Shown here: piece by piece, positions 24,617-32,000 of the stretch
Layout of the letters: the number at the start of each line of letters is the position of its first letter
Numbering within the stretch: position 1 is the first letter of the stretch
NCBI GenBank assembly: GCA_049973735.1
Contig: JBMFJL010000001.1
Coordinates: 11,438-43,437, forward strand
Direction: 5' to 3'
Length of the DNA: 32,000 nt
From: Nanopusillaceae archaeon
Lineage (GTDB): Archaea > Nanobdellota > Nanobdellia > Nanobdellales > Nanobdellaceae
Program-made: the position numbers and the translations under genes
Notes under the pieces: model-generated
What the model saw: the letters and a program-made list of their open reading frames with translations, nothing else
Told to the model about the DNA's origin: nothing
The model's database searches: none

Positions 24617-25495
24617 ATGACATCTACTTATAATTTGGATGAGTTAATCGATAAGTTAGAGCAAAAATTTTCTGGATACAAAATTTATAATCCAAATTTT
24701 GATAATATACCTGAAAATTTAAATGGACTAATTATATTATCTACAGGCGAGCAACATATCACAGAAGCTACTATTGATAAACTAATAAGTAAGGAATTAG
24801 ATGTAGTTAGAAGTATTAATAATAATATAAAAACGTCTAAAATATTAACTGTAACAGACATAATAAGATTAATACATATGGATGATTTTAGAGGAAAGAA
24901 TAGAAAATGCGCCGAAATTCATGATGGGTTCTTAAGAAATATAGCTATAGAATATGCAAAAAAGGGATATATATCCATAATAGGTTTTAATATCATGAGA
25001 CCATTCAATATTAACAATATTAATTATATAATAATTGGAGGTCCAGATCTGATTTTAATAAAGGATAATACCTATACTATAGTAGAAGTTAAAACGACAG
25101 AAATAAATGAAAATAAACCTTTATCCATCTTTTTAGCGTCATCTTATATGATTCTTAGTAAAGGAAAAACGCAGGCAGCTCTATATGCTTTATCTTTGTA
25201 TCAAACTATAGGAAATAACATTTACGTATCGGTTGATTTAGCTATATATTCAAAGGAAAATTCCAATCTCATGTATAAAAATATTGAACATCATTATGCA
25301 AGTTCTTTATTACGTGAATTAAATAAATCAGAGATTAGAAATTTGTTAAGAGCAACTCCTAAAATGTATATACTGAAGACCAATTCTGGTAAGGATATAA
25401 ACTATGTAATAAATATAACTGCAAAATTCACTCACGGATTCTATACACACATTACAAAACTTTTATCAAAGACTTTAAATATGAGAAAAATTTAA
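24617..25495 (+). CDS. Predicted PD-(D/E)xK nuclease, RecB/Cas4-like core without Fe-S cysteines
   Basis: Ordered motifs: IHDGF (His), GGPDLILIKD (Asp144), IVEVKT (Glu157-x-Lys159) and TQAALYAL (Q-x3-Y). Only one Cys in the protein. The flanking domains are unrecognised. Confidence 0.5.
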   Translation: MTSTYNLDELIDKLEQKFSGYKIYNPNFDNIPENLNGLIILSTGEQHITEATIDKLISKELDVVRSINNNIKTSKILTVTDIIRLIHMDDFRGKNRKCAEIHDGFLRNIAIEYAKKGYISIIGFNIMRPFNINNINYIIIGGPDLILIKDNTYTIVEVKTTEINENKPLSIFLASSYMILSKGKTQAALYALSLYQTIGNNIYVSVDLAIYSKENSNLMYKNIEHHYASSLLRELNKSEIRNLLRATPKMYILKTNSGKDINYVINITAKFTHGFYTHITKLLSKTLNMRKI

Positions 25496-25522
25496 AATTA
25501 TTATCTGGTTATATGATTATTT

Positions 25523-26860
25523 ATGGTGGTTATTTTGTCTGATAGAAAATTTTCCAAAATATTATTGATATTACTTTCTGTTTTAATATTATTAGTAATT
25601 TTCTATGCTAAATATAGTTCAAAGAGTACGATAGGTTATGATAGATACCATGTCTACATACCTGCTGTCTTAAATTCCTCAAATACTATATCAGGACAAT
25701 TAACAGAATTTGATTTATATGTAACACCCGGTACTGGCCAGGTATATGCAACGATTCCACCAATATTTTATGGCAATTATAATTTAGCATATTTATATGC
25801 AAAAGAAGCAGCTTGTACTTTATATCCAGACGAATGTAATAATTACAATTATTATTTTAGTTCGAATGATGTAGTATATGCTGAAGGATTTTCAGGTACA
25901 GCAGGACTAACATTATTAGTAATAGAAGCTATAAAAAATCAGAAACCTGTTGTAGAATATCCAGTTACAGGATTTATATTGCCTAATGGTTTAATTGCAT
26001 CGGTTTCTGGAATAAAATATAAATTAGATGCTGCTCTATCTTCTTTTAATTATATGGTGGCACCATATGAAGGAGATCCTCACATAATACCCGCATATAC
26101 AATATTAGATTTAGAAAAAATTTATTTCAATACAACTTATGAGATAAAATTTGATGTCCCAGATGTATATGTTAAAACGATGAAAGAAATAGCAGAAGAT
26201 ATATGTAAGGGTGTTAACAATTCTAAAGTAGATGCTTATATGTCTAGAAAATACTACTATGCTGCAGCAAGTTTTTGTTTTGGAGAAAAATCAAAGAATC
26301 CTGTTTATAAGCCAAATATATCAAAGGAAGAATTGCAAAATAAAATAAATAGCTTATACAATGATGTAACTAACTATAGGTGTTTTGAAAATTATCAATG
26401 TGAAGAGATAAAGTATCAAGTACTGTCTAGATTGAAAGATGCCAATTCCTCAATCAATAATATGCAATATTCTTATTGGAGATATTATTCTGCCTTAGGC
26501 TGGTATAAATTGTTAGAAATATCAAAATCTATAAATAGAATAGATACCTGTGCTACAATAGATTCTCATTATAAATTATTGCAATATACTTATCAATATG
26601 AACTTCCAACAAATCTGTCATGTTTTCAAAAGAGAGATTATCTTTCTGAAATATTCTTCATCTTTTTAGACAATGATACGAATTATATGAATATGAATGC
26701 CGTTCGTTCCATAGAACAATTAAACTATTATTATTATAGTAAATATGGATTTTCTATAACATCTTACAATGATCTAGAGTTAGGAAAAGCATTAGTGGAA
26801 TCCAATAGCACATTAGAAGGTTTCTATTATTTGTTATTATCAATACAGTATGCAATATGA
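25523..26860 (+). CDS. Membrane-anchored Lon-like (S16) serine protease domain protein with Cys-containing C-terminal domain
   Basis: N-terminal TM anchor ILLILLSVLILLVIFYA. Then PGTGQVYA...EGFSGTAGLTLLVIEAI...YPVTGFILPNGLIASVSGIKYKLDAA aligns with the Lon proteolytic domain (PKDGPSAG...AMTGEI.L.G.VLPIGGLKEKLLAA). The candidate Ser and Lys are 43 residues apart. No AAA+ module. Confidence 0.5.
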   Translation: MVVILSDRKFSKILLILLSVLILLVIFYAKYSSKSTIGYDRYHVYIPAVLNSSNTISGQLTEFDLYVTPGTGQVYATIPPIFYGNYNLAYLYAKEAACTLYPDECNNYNYYFSSNDVVYAEGFSGTAGLTLLVIEAIKNQKPVVEYPVTGFILPNGLIASVSGIKYKLDAALSSFNYMVAPYEGDPHIIPAYTILDLEKIYFNTTYEIKFDVPDVYVKTMKEIAEDICKGVNNSKVDAYMSRKYYYAAASFCFGEKSKNPVYKPNISKEELQNKINSLYNDVTNYRCFENYQCEEIKYQVLSRLKDANSSINNMQYSYWRYYSALGWYKLLEISKSINRIDTCATIDSHYKLLQYTYQYELPTNLSCFQKRDYLSEIFFIFLDNDTNYMNMNAVRSIEQLNYYYYSKYGFSITSYNDLELGKALVESNSTLEGFYYLLLSIQYAI

Positions 26861-27998
26861 AATAAATGTAGGTGAAAGAGTAAAAAGAGAAATATTAAGG
26901 GGTAGGCAGACCTTTTCAAAAAATTGGATTAGAAAATTGGATTTAGAACCTGGAACGTTGATAAAAATAAAATATGGAAATAAATTCTTAGCGTGGGGAA
27001 TAATAAATCCAAAGGACGATAACCATTATATTAGAATATTTTCATATAATGAAAACATCGATATACACGAAGAAATAAAAAATAAGATAAAAGAAGCATT
27101 AAAATATAGAGAAAGAACTATAAACTATAAAAATCATTATAGATTGGTTTATTCTGAATCAGATTTTCTTTCAGGTCTTATATTGGACAGATACAACGAC
27201 ATATTTGTAATACAAAACTATAATGCTTTTTTTGATAAAAATATAAATATATTAAAAAATGTATTAATAGAAATCTTTGGAAATAATATTACCATATATG
27301 AAAAAAGTATTGGAAAACAAAGAGAAAGAGCTTTTTTATATCCTATAGAAAGATTTTTATATGGGGGAAATTATACTACAATCATAGAAGAAGAAAAAAA
27401 TAAATTCTATATAGATATTATAAAAGGTCAAAAGACTGGTTGGTTTTTGGATCAAAGAGAAAATAGAAAGATAATAAAACAATTATATGGAGATAAAGTA
27501 TTAGATGTTTTTTCATATACAGGATCGTTTGGTATAATGGTAGATGCTAGCTATAGGTATTTTGTTGAAAAAAATAAGGAAGCAGTTAAAATATTACAGA
27601 AAAATATAAACATAAACAATATAGAAAATTATGAAATAATAAATGATAATGCGTATAAGGTCTTAAAGAATTTTTATCTGGAGAAAAAGAAATTTGATAT
27701 AATAATATTAGATCCTCCAGATTTGTTAGCAGACAATTATGAAAAAGGTATAAAGAATTTTATAATAATAAATTCAATTGCATTAGATCTAATTGATGAA
27801 GGATATTTGGTTACATTTTCTTGTTCTCAAGATTTGAAAGAAAAGAAATTCTATTCTATATTAAGAACCCTGATAAGAAGAAAAAATAAGAAATTTGAAA
27901 TATTGTATAGGTTTCATCAAGCACTAGATCATAAAGTTATTTTTCCACATAAGGAATTAGAATATCTAAAAGGTTTTCTAATAGAAATCAAAAAATAA
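26850..27998 (+). CDS. SAM-dependent RNA methyltransferase with N-terminal PUA-like domain, RlmI-like (COG1092 type)
   Basis: YSESDFLSGLILDRYNDIFVIQ, the hallmark GQKTGWFLDQRENRK, VLDVFSYTGSFG (SAM loop) and DIIILDPP. Overlaps the upstream gene by 11 nt. Confidence 0.75.
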   Translation: MQYEINVGERVKREILRGRQTFSKNWIRKLDLEPGTLIKIKYGNKFLAWGIINPKDDNHYIRIFSYNENIDIHEEIKNKIKEALKYRERTINYKNHYRLVYSESDFLSGLILDRYNDIFVIQNYNAFFDKNINILKNVLIEIFGNNITIYEKSIGKQRERAFLYPIERFLYGGNYTTIIEEEKNKFYIDIIKGQKTGWFLDQRENRKIIKQLYGDKVLDVFSYTGSFGIMVDASYRYFVEKNKEAVKILQKNININNIENYEIINDNAYKVLKNFYLEKKKFDIIILDPPDLLADNYEKGIKNFIIINSIALDLIDEGYLVTFSCSQDLKEKKFYSILRTLIRRKNKKFEILYRFHQALDHKVIFPHKELEYLKGFLIEIKK

Positions 27999-28607
27999 CT
28001 ACTTATTATTTACCAATAATAATTCTAATCCTTTTTCTAGAGTAATTCTTCTTATCTCTACATTAGAAACTGGAAATATTTTATTTAATATTGGTTTTAT
28101 CTCATTCTGTAAATCGTAATTTATTGTTTTTTCTAACAATTCATAATAATTTAGTGTTGGAACTTTTTCTTCTAGATACTTTCTGAAGGTTTTTCTAAGT
28201 TCTGTTTTTTGGCTTCTATGTGCTTTAAATCTAGTTATTATTAGTGGCTTTATTCTAATTTCATATTCATCTTTTGTTTTTACGACGAAAGAATCCGATA
28301 TTTTTGATGTACCTTTTCTAGTTATCCTTCTAATATAAGCTTGGTATAACATTAACTCTTTTACTTCCGCATATGCTTTTAGGCCAGATACTTTAGTTAT
28401 TTTGAATATCACTTTATAATTTTGATATTTAAAATTGTTCAGTAAAAATGCTAAATTAAGATCTACAGTCCTACCAACTACATTTTCTATTTTATCCTTG
28501 TATACCGGCGTTTCTCCTATTTTCATTTCGTTGAATATTGGGGAAGGTGCATAAATGTCTATCCAAACCTTTTTACTCCAATCAGCATATTTTTTGTTAT
28601 ATGCCAT
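27999..28607 (-). CDS. rps3ae: 30S ribosomal protein S3Ae (eS1)
   Basis: KKVWIDIYAPSPIFNEMKIGETPVYKDKIENVVGRTVDLNLAFLLNNF...KVIFKITKVSGLKAYAE matches the S3Ae N-terminal signature. Its stop codon abuts the stop of the convergent gene with zero spacer. Confidence 0.9.
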   Translation of the reverse strand: MAYNKKYADWSKKVWIDIYAPSPIFNEMKIGETPVYKDKIENVVGRTVDLNLAFLLNNFKYQNYKVIFKITKVSGLKAYAEVKELMLYQAYIRRITRKGTSKISDSFVVKTKDEYEIRIKPLIITRFKAHRSQKTELRKTFRKYLEEKVPTLNYYELLEKTINYDLQNEIKPILNKIFPVSNVEIRRITLEKGLELLLVNNK

Positions 28608-28628
28608 TTCATAATTTCTTTAATATTA

Positions 28629-28644
28629 TTTTTTAAAATTTTTT
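28629..28644. promoter_or_regulatory. Palindromic TATA-like element between divergent rps3ae and leuS
   Basis: Perfect 16-nt palindrome TTTTTTAAAATTTTTT in a 52-nt spacer, lying about 23-30 nt from both start codons (28607 and 28660). Confidence 0.3.
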
Positions 28645-28659
28645 GGTTCTCATTATATT

Positions 28660-31452
28660 ATGGATGTAGATAATCTATTTAGAGAAGTTGAGAAAAAGTG
28701 GCAAAAAATTTGGGAAGAAAAAAGGGTTTTTGAATCTAATGCAAATGAAAATAAGAAAAAAGTTTTCTTGACTGCTCCATATCCATATATGAGTGGATTA
28801 TTACATTTAGGTCATGCTTTAACTTTTAGTAGAGTAGAATTCTATGCCAGATATAAAAGATTAAAGGGGTATAATGTTCTTTTCCCAGTAGCTTTTCATA
28901 TAACAGGATCTCCAATAGTATCCAAATCTATGAGATTAAAAGAGGGTGATAAAAAAATAATTGAAGATCTGAAATCTGATGGAATACCTGAAAAGGATTT
29001 TGAAAAATTAAAAACACCAGAGGGTTGGGCACTCTACTTTATGGAATATGCAAGAAAAGCACTGAAAGGTATGGGTTATTCTATCGATTGGAGAAGAGAG
29101 TTTTATACATCAAGTTTACATCCATGGTATACAAAATTCATTGAATGGCAATACAGAAAATTATACTCCAAAGGATATATAATTAAAGGAGAACATCCAG
29201 TTGTATGGGATCCAAAGGTATTAAATCCAGTTGGAGATCATGATAGACCAGACGAATATGCTGGAGTAGAGCCTGTAGAAGGATATATAATTAAATTTAG
29301 GTTAAAAGATACAGATTATATATTACCAGCATTTACACTTAGACCAGAGACAGTATATGGGGTAACTAATATATGGATTAATCCAAATGCAAAGTATTAT
29401 ATATTTCAAGTAGATAATGAATATTGGATATTGCCAGATACAATAGTTGTAGAAGAAATATCAAATCAAAAACATAAAGTAAATAAAATAAAAGAAATTG
29501 ATAATTTAATACTAAAAGAGGCTATAAATCCTATAAATAATAAAGTAGTTCCAATATTACCAGCAGATTTTGTAGATACAGAGGTCGGAACTGGAATAGT
29601 TATGTCAGTACCATCTCATGCTGTATATGATTATATTGCATTGATCGATTTGTTGAAAACGCAATATAAGGAAATAGCTGAAAAATGCTTAAAGGAGATG
29701 GTTGTTTTGTTTGAAAATCCTTCCTTTAAGGATGTACCGGCAAAAGAAATGGTTGAAAAATATAAAATAAAGAGTCAAAAAGATAAAAATTTGTTGGAAG
29801 AAGCAACTAAAAAATTATATTCAGAAGAATTTTACAATAGTATATTGTCAAATATATATGGAAAATATTCGGGAAAGAAGATTTATGAAGCAAAAGAAGA
29901 ATTTGCGAAAGAATTGGAAGATAAAGGCATAGCAATAAAACACTATACTTTGCCAATAAGATTTTCATCAAGATATGGAAATAAATGTATAGTTAAGATA
30001 ATAGAAGATCAATGGTTTTTAAAATATTCTGACAAAGAATGGAAAAAATTAGCACATGAATGTGTGGAAAATATGAATTTCTATCCAGAAATATTAAAGA
30101 AAGATTTTCACGATAAAATAGATTGGTTAAAAGATTGGGCTTGTACTCATAAAAGGATATTAGGAACTCCTTTACCCTGGGACAAGGAATGGATTATAGA
30201 ATCTTTATCAGATTCAACAATTTATCCAGCATTTTATACTATAGCACACTTAATAAAAAATATAGATCCAAATAAAATAGAGGATGATCTATTTGATTAT
30301 ATATTTTTGGGAAAGGGAGATGAAAGAAAAATAATAGAAAAGTATGGAGAAACTGTGAAGGAAATGAAAAAGGAATTTGAGTACTGGTATCCTGTAGATA
30401 TAAGAAACTCTGGAAAAGACCTTATACCAAATCATCTAACATTTTATATATTTCATCATGTTGCAATATTTGATAAAAAATATTGGCCAAAGGGTATTGC
30501 TATTAATGGTTGGACTGTAGATGAACAAGGAAGAAAAATGTCAAAATCTCTAGGAAATTACATATCTATAATAAAGGCTATTGAAATGTATCCCGTAGAT
30601 GTAGTAAGATTTATAATAGCATATTCTGCAAACTCTTCATATGATGATGCAAAAATAGGATTTACTAGGGCAGAATTTATCAAAAAATATCTTTATGATT
30701 TCTATAAATTTGCAATAGAAAAATATAACAAGTTTGGAGAGGAAAGGGAGTATAACCATGTTGATATGTGGTTCATGAATAAATTGAATAAGTTGATGTA
30801 TGAAATTAGCAATGAATATGAAAAATTGAATTATACAAATGTAATAAATAAAATATTTGAAATGGACAATTCATATGAATGGTATTATAAAAGGGTATTG
30901 GGTATACCACATAAACAGTTATTGAACAAATACATAGAGTATAAAGCTATTGCATTATATCCAATAACTCCCCATATAGTTTCAGAAATATTAGAAAAAA
31001 TAGGAAAAGATCCTATTAATATTACATATCCTGAAGAAGAGTTTACTGATGAATACGAAGCTTATGAAGATTATATAAAAACATTGAGAGATGATATAAT
31101 TAGGATAAAGTTGCTACTAAATAAAAATAAAATAGAAAAAATAAAACTTATTGTAGCAAGTAAAGAAAAATATGAGATACTAGAGGAAATGAGGAAAAAT
31201 ATTGATAAAATAGAAGAAATGGTAGAAAAGTATCCCGATCATAAGAATTTGATCAACTCATTTAAAAACAAGATAAATACTTCAAATATGAAAATAACTA
31301 GAGAAAAAGAATTGGAAATATTAAGATCTTCAGTAGAATTTATAAAGAAAGAATTTCAGGTAGATTATGTCGAAATAGAAGAAGAGGAAACATCAAATGA
31401 TCCTAAGAAAGTAAGGGCTATGCCTCTAAAGCCAGCGATTATATTATTCTAG
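28660..31452 (+). CDS. leuS: Leucyl-tRNA synthetase (archaeal type)
   Basis: PYPYMSGLLHLGHALTFSRVEFYARYKRLKGYNVLFPVAFHITGSPI (HIGH region), a CP1 editing-domain-sized insert, and KMSKSLGN. 930 aa. Confidence 0.95.
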   Translation: MDVDNLFREVEKKWQKIWEEKRVFESNANENKKKVFLTAPYPYMSGLLHLGHALTFSRVEFYARYKRLKGYNVLFPVAFHITGSPIVSKSMRLKEGDKKIIEDLKSDGIPEKDFEKLKTPEGWALYFMEYARKALKGMGYSIDWRREFYTSSLHPWYTKFIEWQYRKLYSKGYIIKGEHPVVWDPKVLNPVGDHDRPDEYAGVEPVEGYIIKFRLKDTDYILPAFTLRPETVYGVTNIWINPNAKYYIFQVDNEYWILPDTIVVEEISNQKHKVNKIKEIDNLILKEAINPINNKVVPILPADFVDTEVGTGIVMSVPSHAVYDYIALIDLLKTQYKEIAEKCLKEMVVLFENPSFKDVPAKEMVEKYKIKSQKDKNLLEEATKKLYSEEFYNSILSNIYGKYSGKKIYEAKEEFAKELEDKGIAIKHYTLPIRFSSRYGNKCIVKIIEDQWFLKYSDKEWKKLAHECVENMNFYPEILKKDFHDKIDWLKDWACTHKRILGTPLPWDKEWIIESLSDSTIYPAFYTIAHLIKNIDPNKIEDDLFDYIFLGKGDERKIIEKYGETVKEMKKEFEYWYPVDIRNSGKDLIPNHLTFYIFHHVAIFDKKYWPKGIAINGWTVDEQGRKMSKSLGNYISIIKAIEMYPVDVVRFIIAYSANSSYDDAKIGFTRAEFIKKYLYDFYKFAIEKYNKFGEEREYNHVDMWFMNKLNKLMYEISNEYEKLNYTNVINKIFEMDNSYEWYYKRVLGIPHKQLLNKYIEYKAIALYPITPHIVSEILEKIGKDPINITYPEEEFTDEYEAYEDYIKTLRDDIIRIKLLLNKNKIEKIKLIVASKEKYEILEEMRKNIDKIEEMVEKYPDHKNLINSFKNKINTSNMKITREKELEILRSSVEFIKKEFQVDYVEIEEEETSNDPKKVRAMPLKPAIILF

Positions 31453-31498
31453 GATAATTTAGATAAATTTTATATAATACAAGACATCATTATAATAT

Positions 31499-32000
31499 AT
31501 GGCTATATCTTTGTTTAAGAAAAGAACTGAGGAGTCACAGGATATTGCAAAGAATTTGACAAATTTACAGGGTGCGGTAGAAGGACAAAATCTTGGACTG
31601 AGTAGTTTTAATGCACCATCAGGTCCATCATTTAATAACCAATTTGGTAGCACTAATAATTTTGGTATGAGTAACCAATTCGGTAGTAGTACCCTTAATA
31701 TGGGAAATACTGGATTGGGATCACCACAAAATCCATTTGGCGGGCCAAACCCATTCGATAATAATCCTTTCGGATTGCAGCAACCTCAAATGCAAAATCA
31801 ATTATCGCAGCCACAATTTATGCAACCACCAGTTTCAACACAACAAGAACAGTTAAAGCAATCTCCTACGAAGATATCGCCAGATTTATATAGACCAAAA
31901 GAGGAAATAAAAAGGAAGTTACCAAAGAAGAAAGAATTACATGAAGAGGAAATTGGAGAAGGAGAAGAGGAAGAGGTGGAAGAAGAAAAAGTAGTAAGGA
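31499..32000 (+). CDS. Hypothetical protein with N-x-F-G repeat, Q/N/G/P-rich disordered region, 3'-truncated by window edge
   Basis: The ATG at 31499 opens a frame with no stop to the window end (167 codons): MAISLFKKRTEESQDIAKNLTNLQG..NQFGSTNNFGMSNQFGSS..NPFGGPNPFDNNPFGLQQPQMQNQ..EEIGEGEEEEVEEEK. It is missing from the ORF track because no stop lies in the window. A TATA-like TTTTATATAAT lies about 25 nt upstream. Confidence 0.7.
   Translation, partial: MAISLFKKRTEESQDIAKNLTNLQGAVEGQNLGLSSFNAPSGPSFNNQFGSTNNFGMSNQFGSSTLNMGNTGLGSPQNPFGGPNPFDNNPFGLQQPQMQNQLSQPQFMQPPVSTQQEQLKQSPTKISPDLYRPKEEIKRKLPKKKELHEEEIGEGEEEEVEEEKVVR

Noticed and set aside
24580-27998. Possible integrated mobile element downstream of tRNA-Ser
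   Set aside because: No integrase or recombinase, no direct repeat of the tRNA 3' end within the window, no compositional break, and the third gene is a housekeeping RlmI-like methyltransferase.
31459-31653. 64-aa minus-strand ORF
   Set aside because: Antisense to the longer open frame starting at 31499. That frame has a plausible promoter and a coherent repeat structure; the minus-strand ORF has no support.
1-32000. CRISPR arrays, tandem repeat arrays, rRNA genes
   Set aside because: No regularly spaced direct repeats and no long G+C-rich structured regions were seen. All G+C islands are accounted for by three tRNAs, two sRNA candidates and the 1852-1889 island.

Overview
Very AT-rich, almost gap-free archaeal chromosome segment. 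By eye it is roughly three quarters A+T, and only RNA genes stand out as G+C islands. The content is overwhelmingly housekeeping. It holds four aminoacyl-tRNA synthetases: MetRS (5' end off-window), TyrRS, AspRS and LeuRS. It holds archaeal/eukaryal-type ribosomal proteins (L3, LX, L31e, L18e-L13-S9, S3Ae), aIF6 and prefoldin alpha. There are four tRNA/rRNA methyltransferases (Trm5, Trm1, TrmJ-like, RlmI-like). DNA metabolism genes include a Hef helicase-nuclease translationally coupled to a small DHH phosphoesterase, an HhH-GPD glycosylase and dCTP deaminase. A partial archaellum cluster is present (FlaC/D/E-like, FlaF/G-like, FlaH, FlaI). There are three tRNAs (Arg-UCU, Pro-UGG, Ser-UGA). 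Two candidate C/D box sRNAs are not in the ORF track. The extreme AT bias, broken ribosomal-protein clusters, overlapping genes and apparently leaderless promoter spacing suggest a reduced-genome DPANN/Nanoarchaeota-like archaeon; this is inference only. I found no CRISPR array, transposase, integrase or recognisable defence island, and I cannot point to a convincing multi-gene novel system. Items worth a second look are: the two C/D sRNAs with a shared UGAAGA C-box variant; an N-x-F-G repeat, Q/N/G/P-rich disordered protein at the 3' edge; a membrane-anchored ATPase-less Lon-like protease next to an Fe-S-less RecB/Cas4-like nuclease; the Hef-DHH operon; lineage-specific 50-80 aa insertions in MetRS, Trm5 and TyrRS; palindromic TATA elements at the midpoint of divergent gene pairs; and an unexplained G+C island at 1831-2000.
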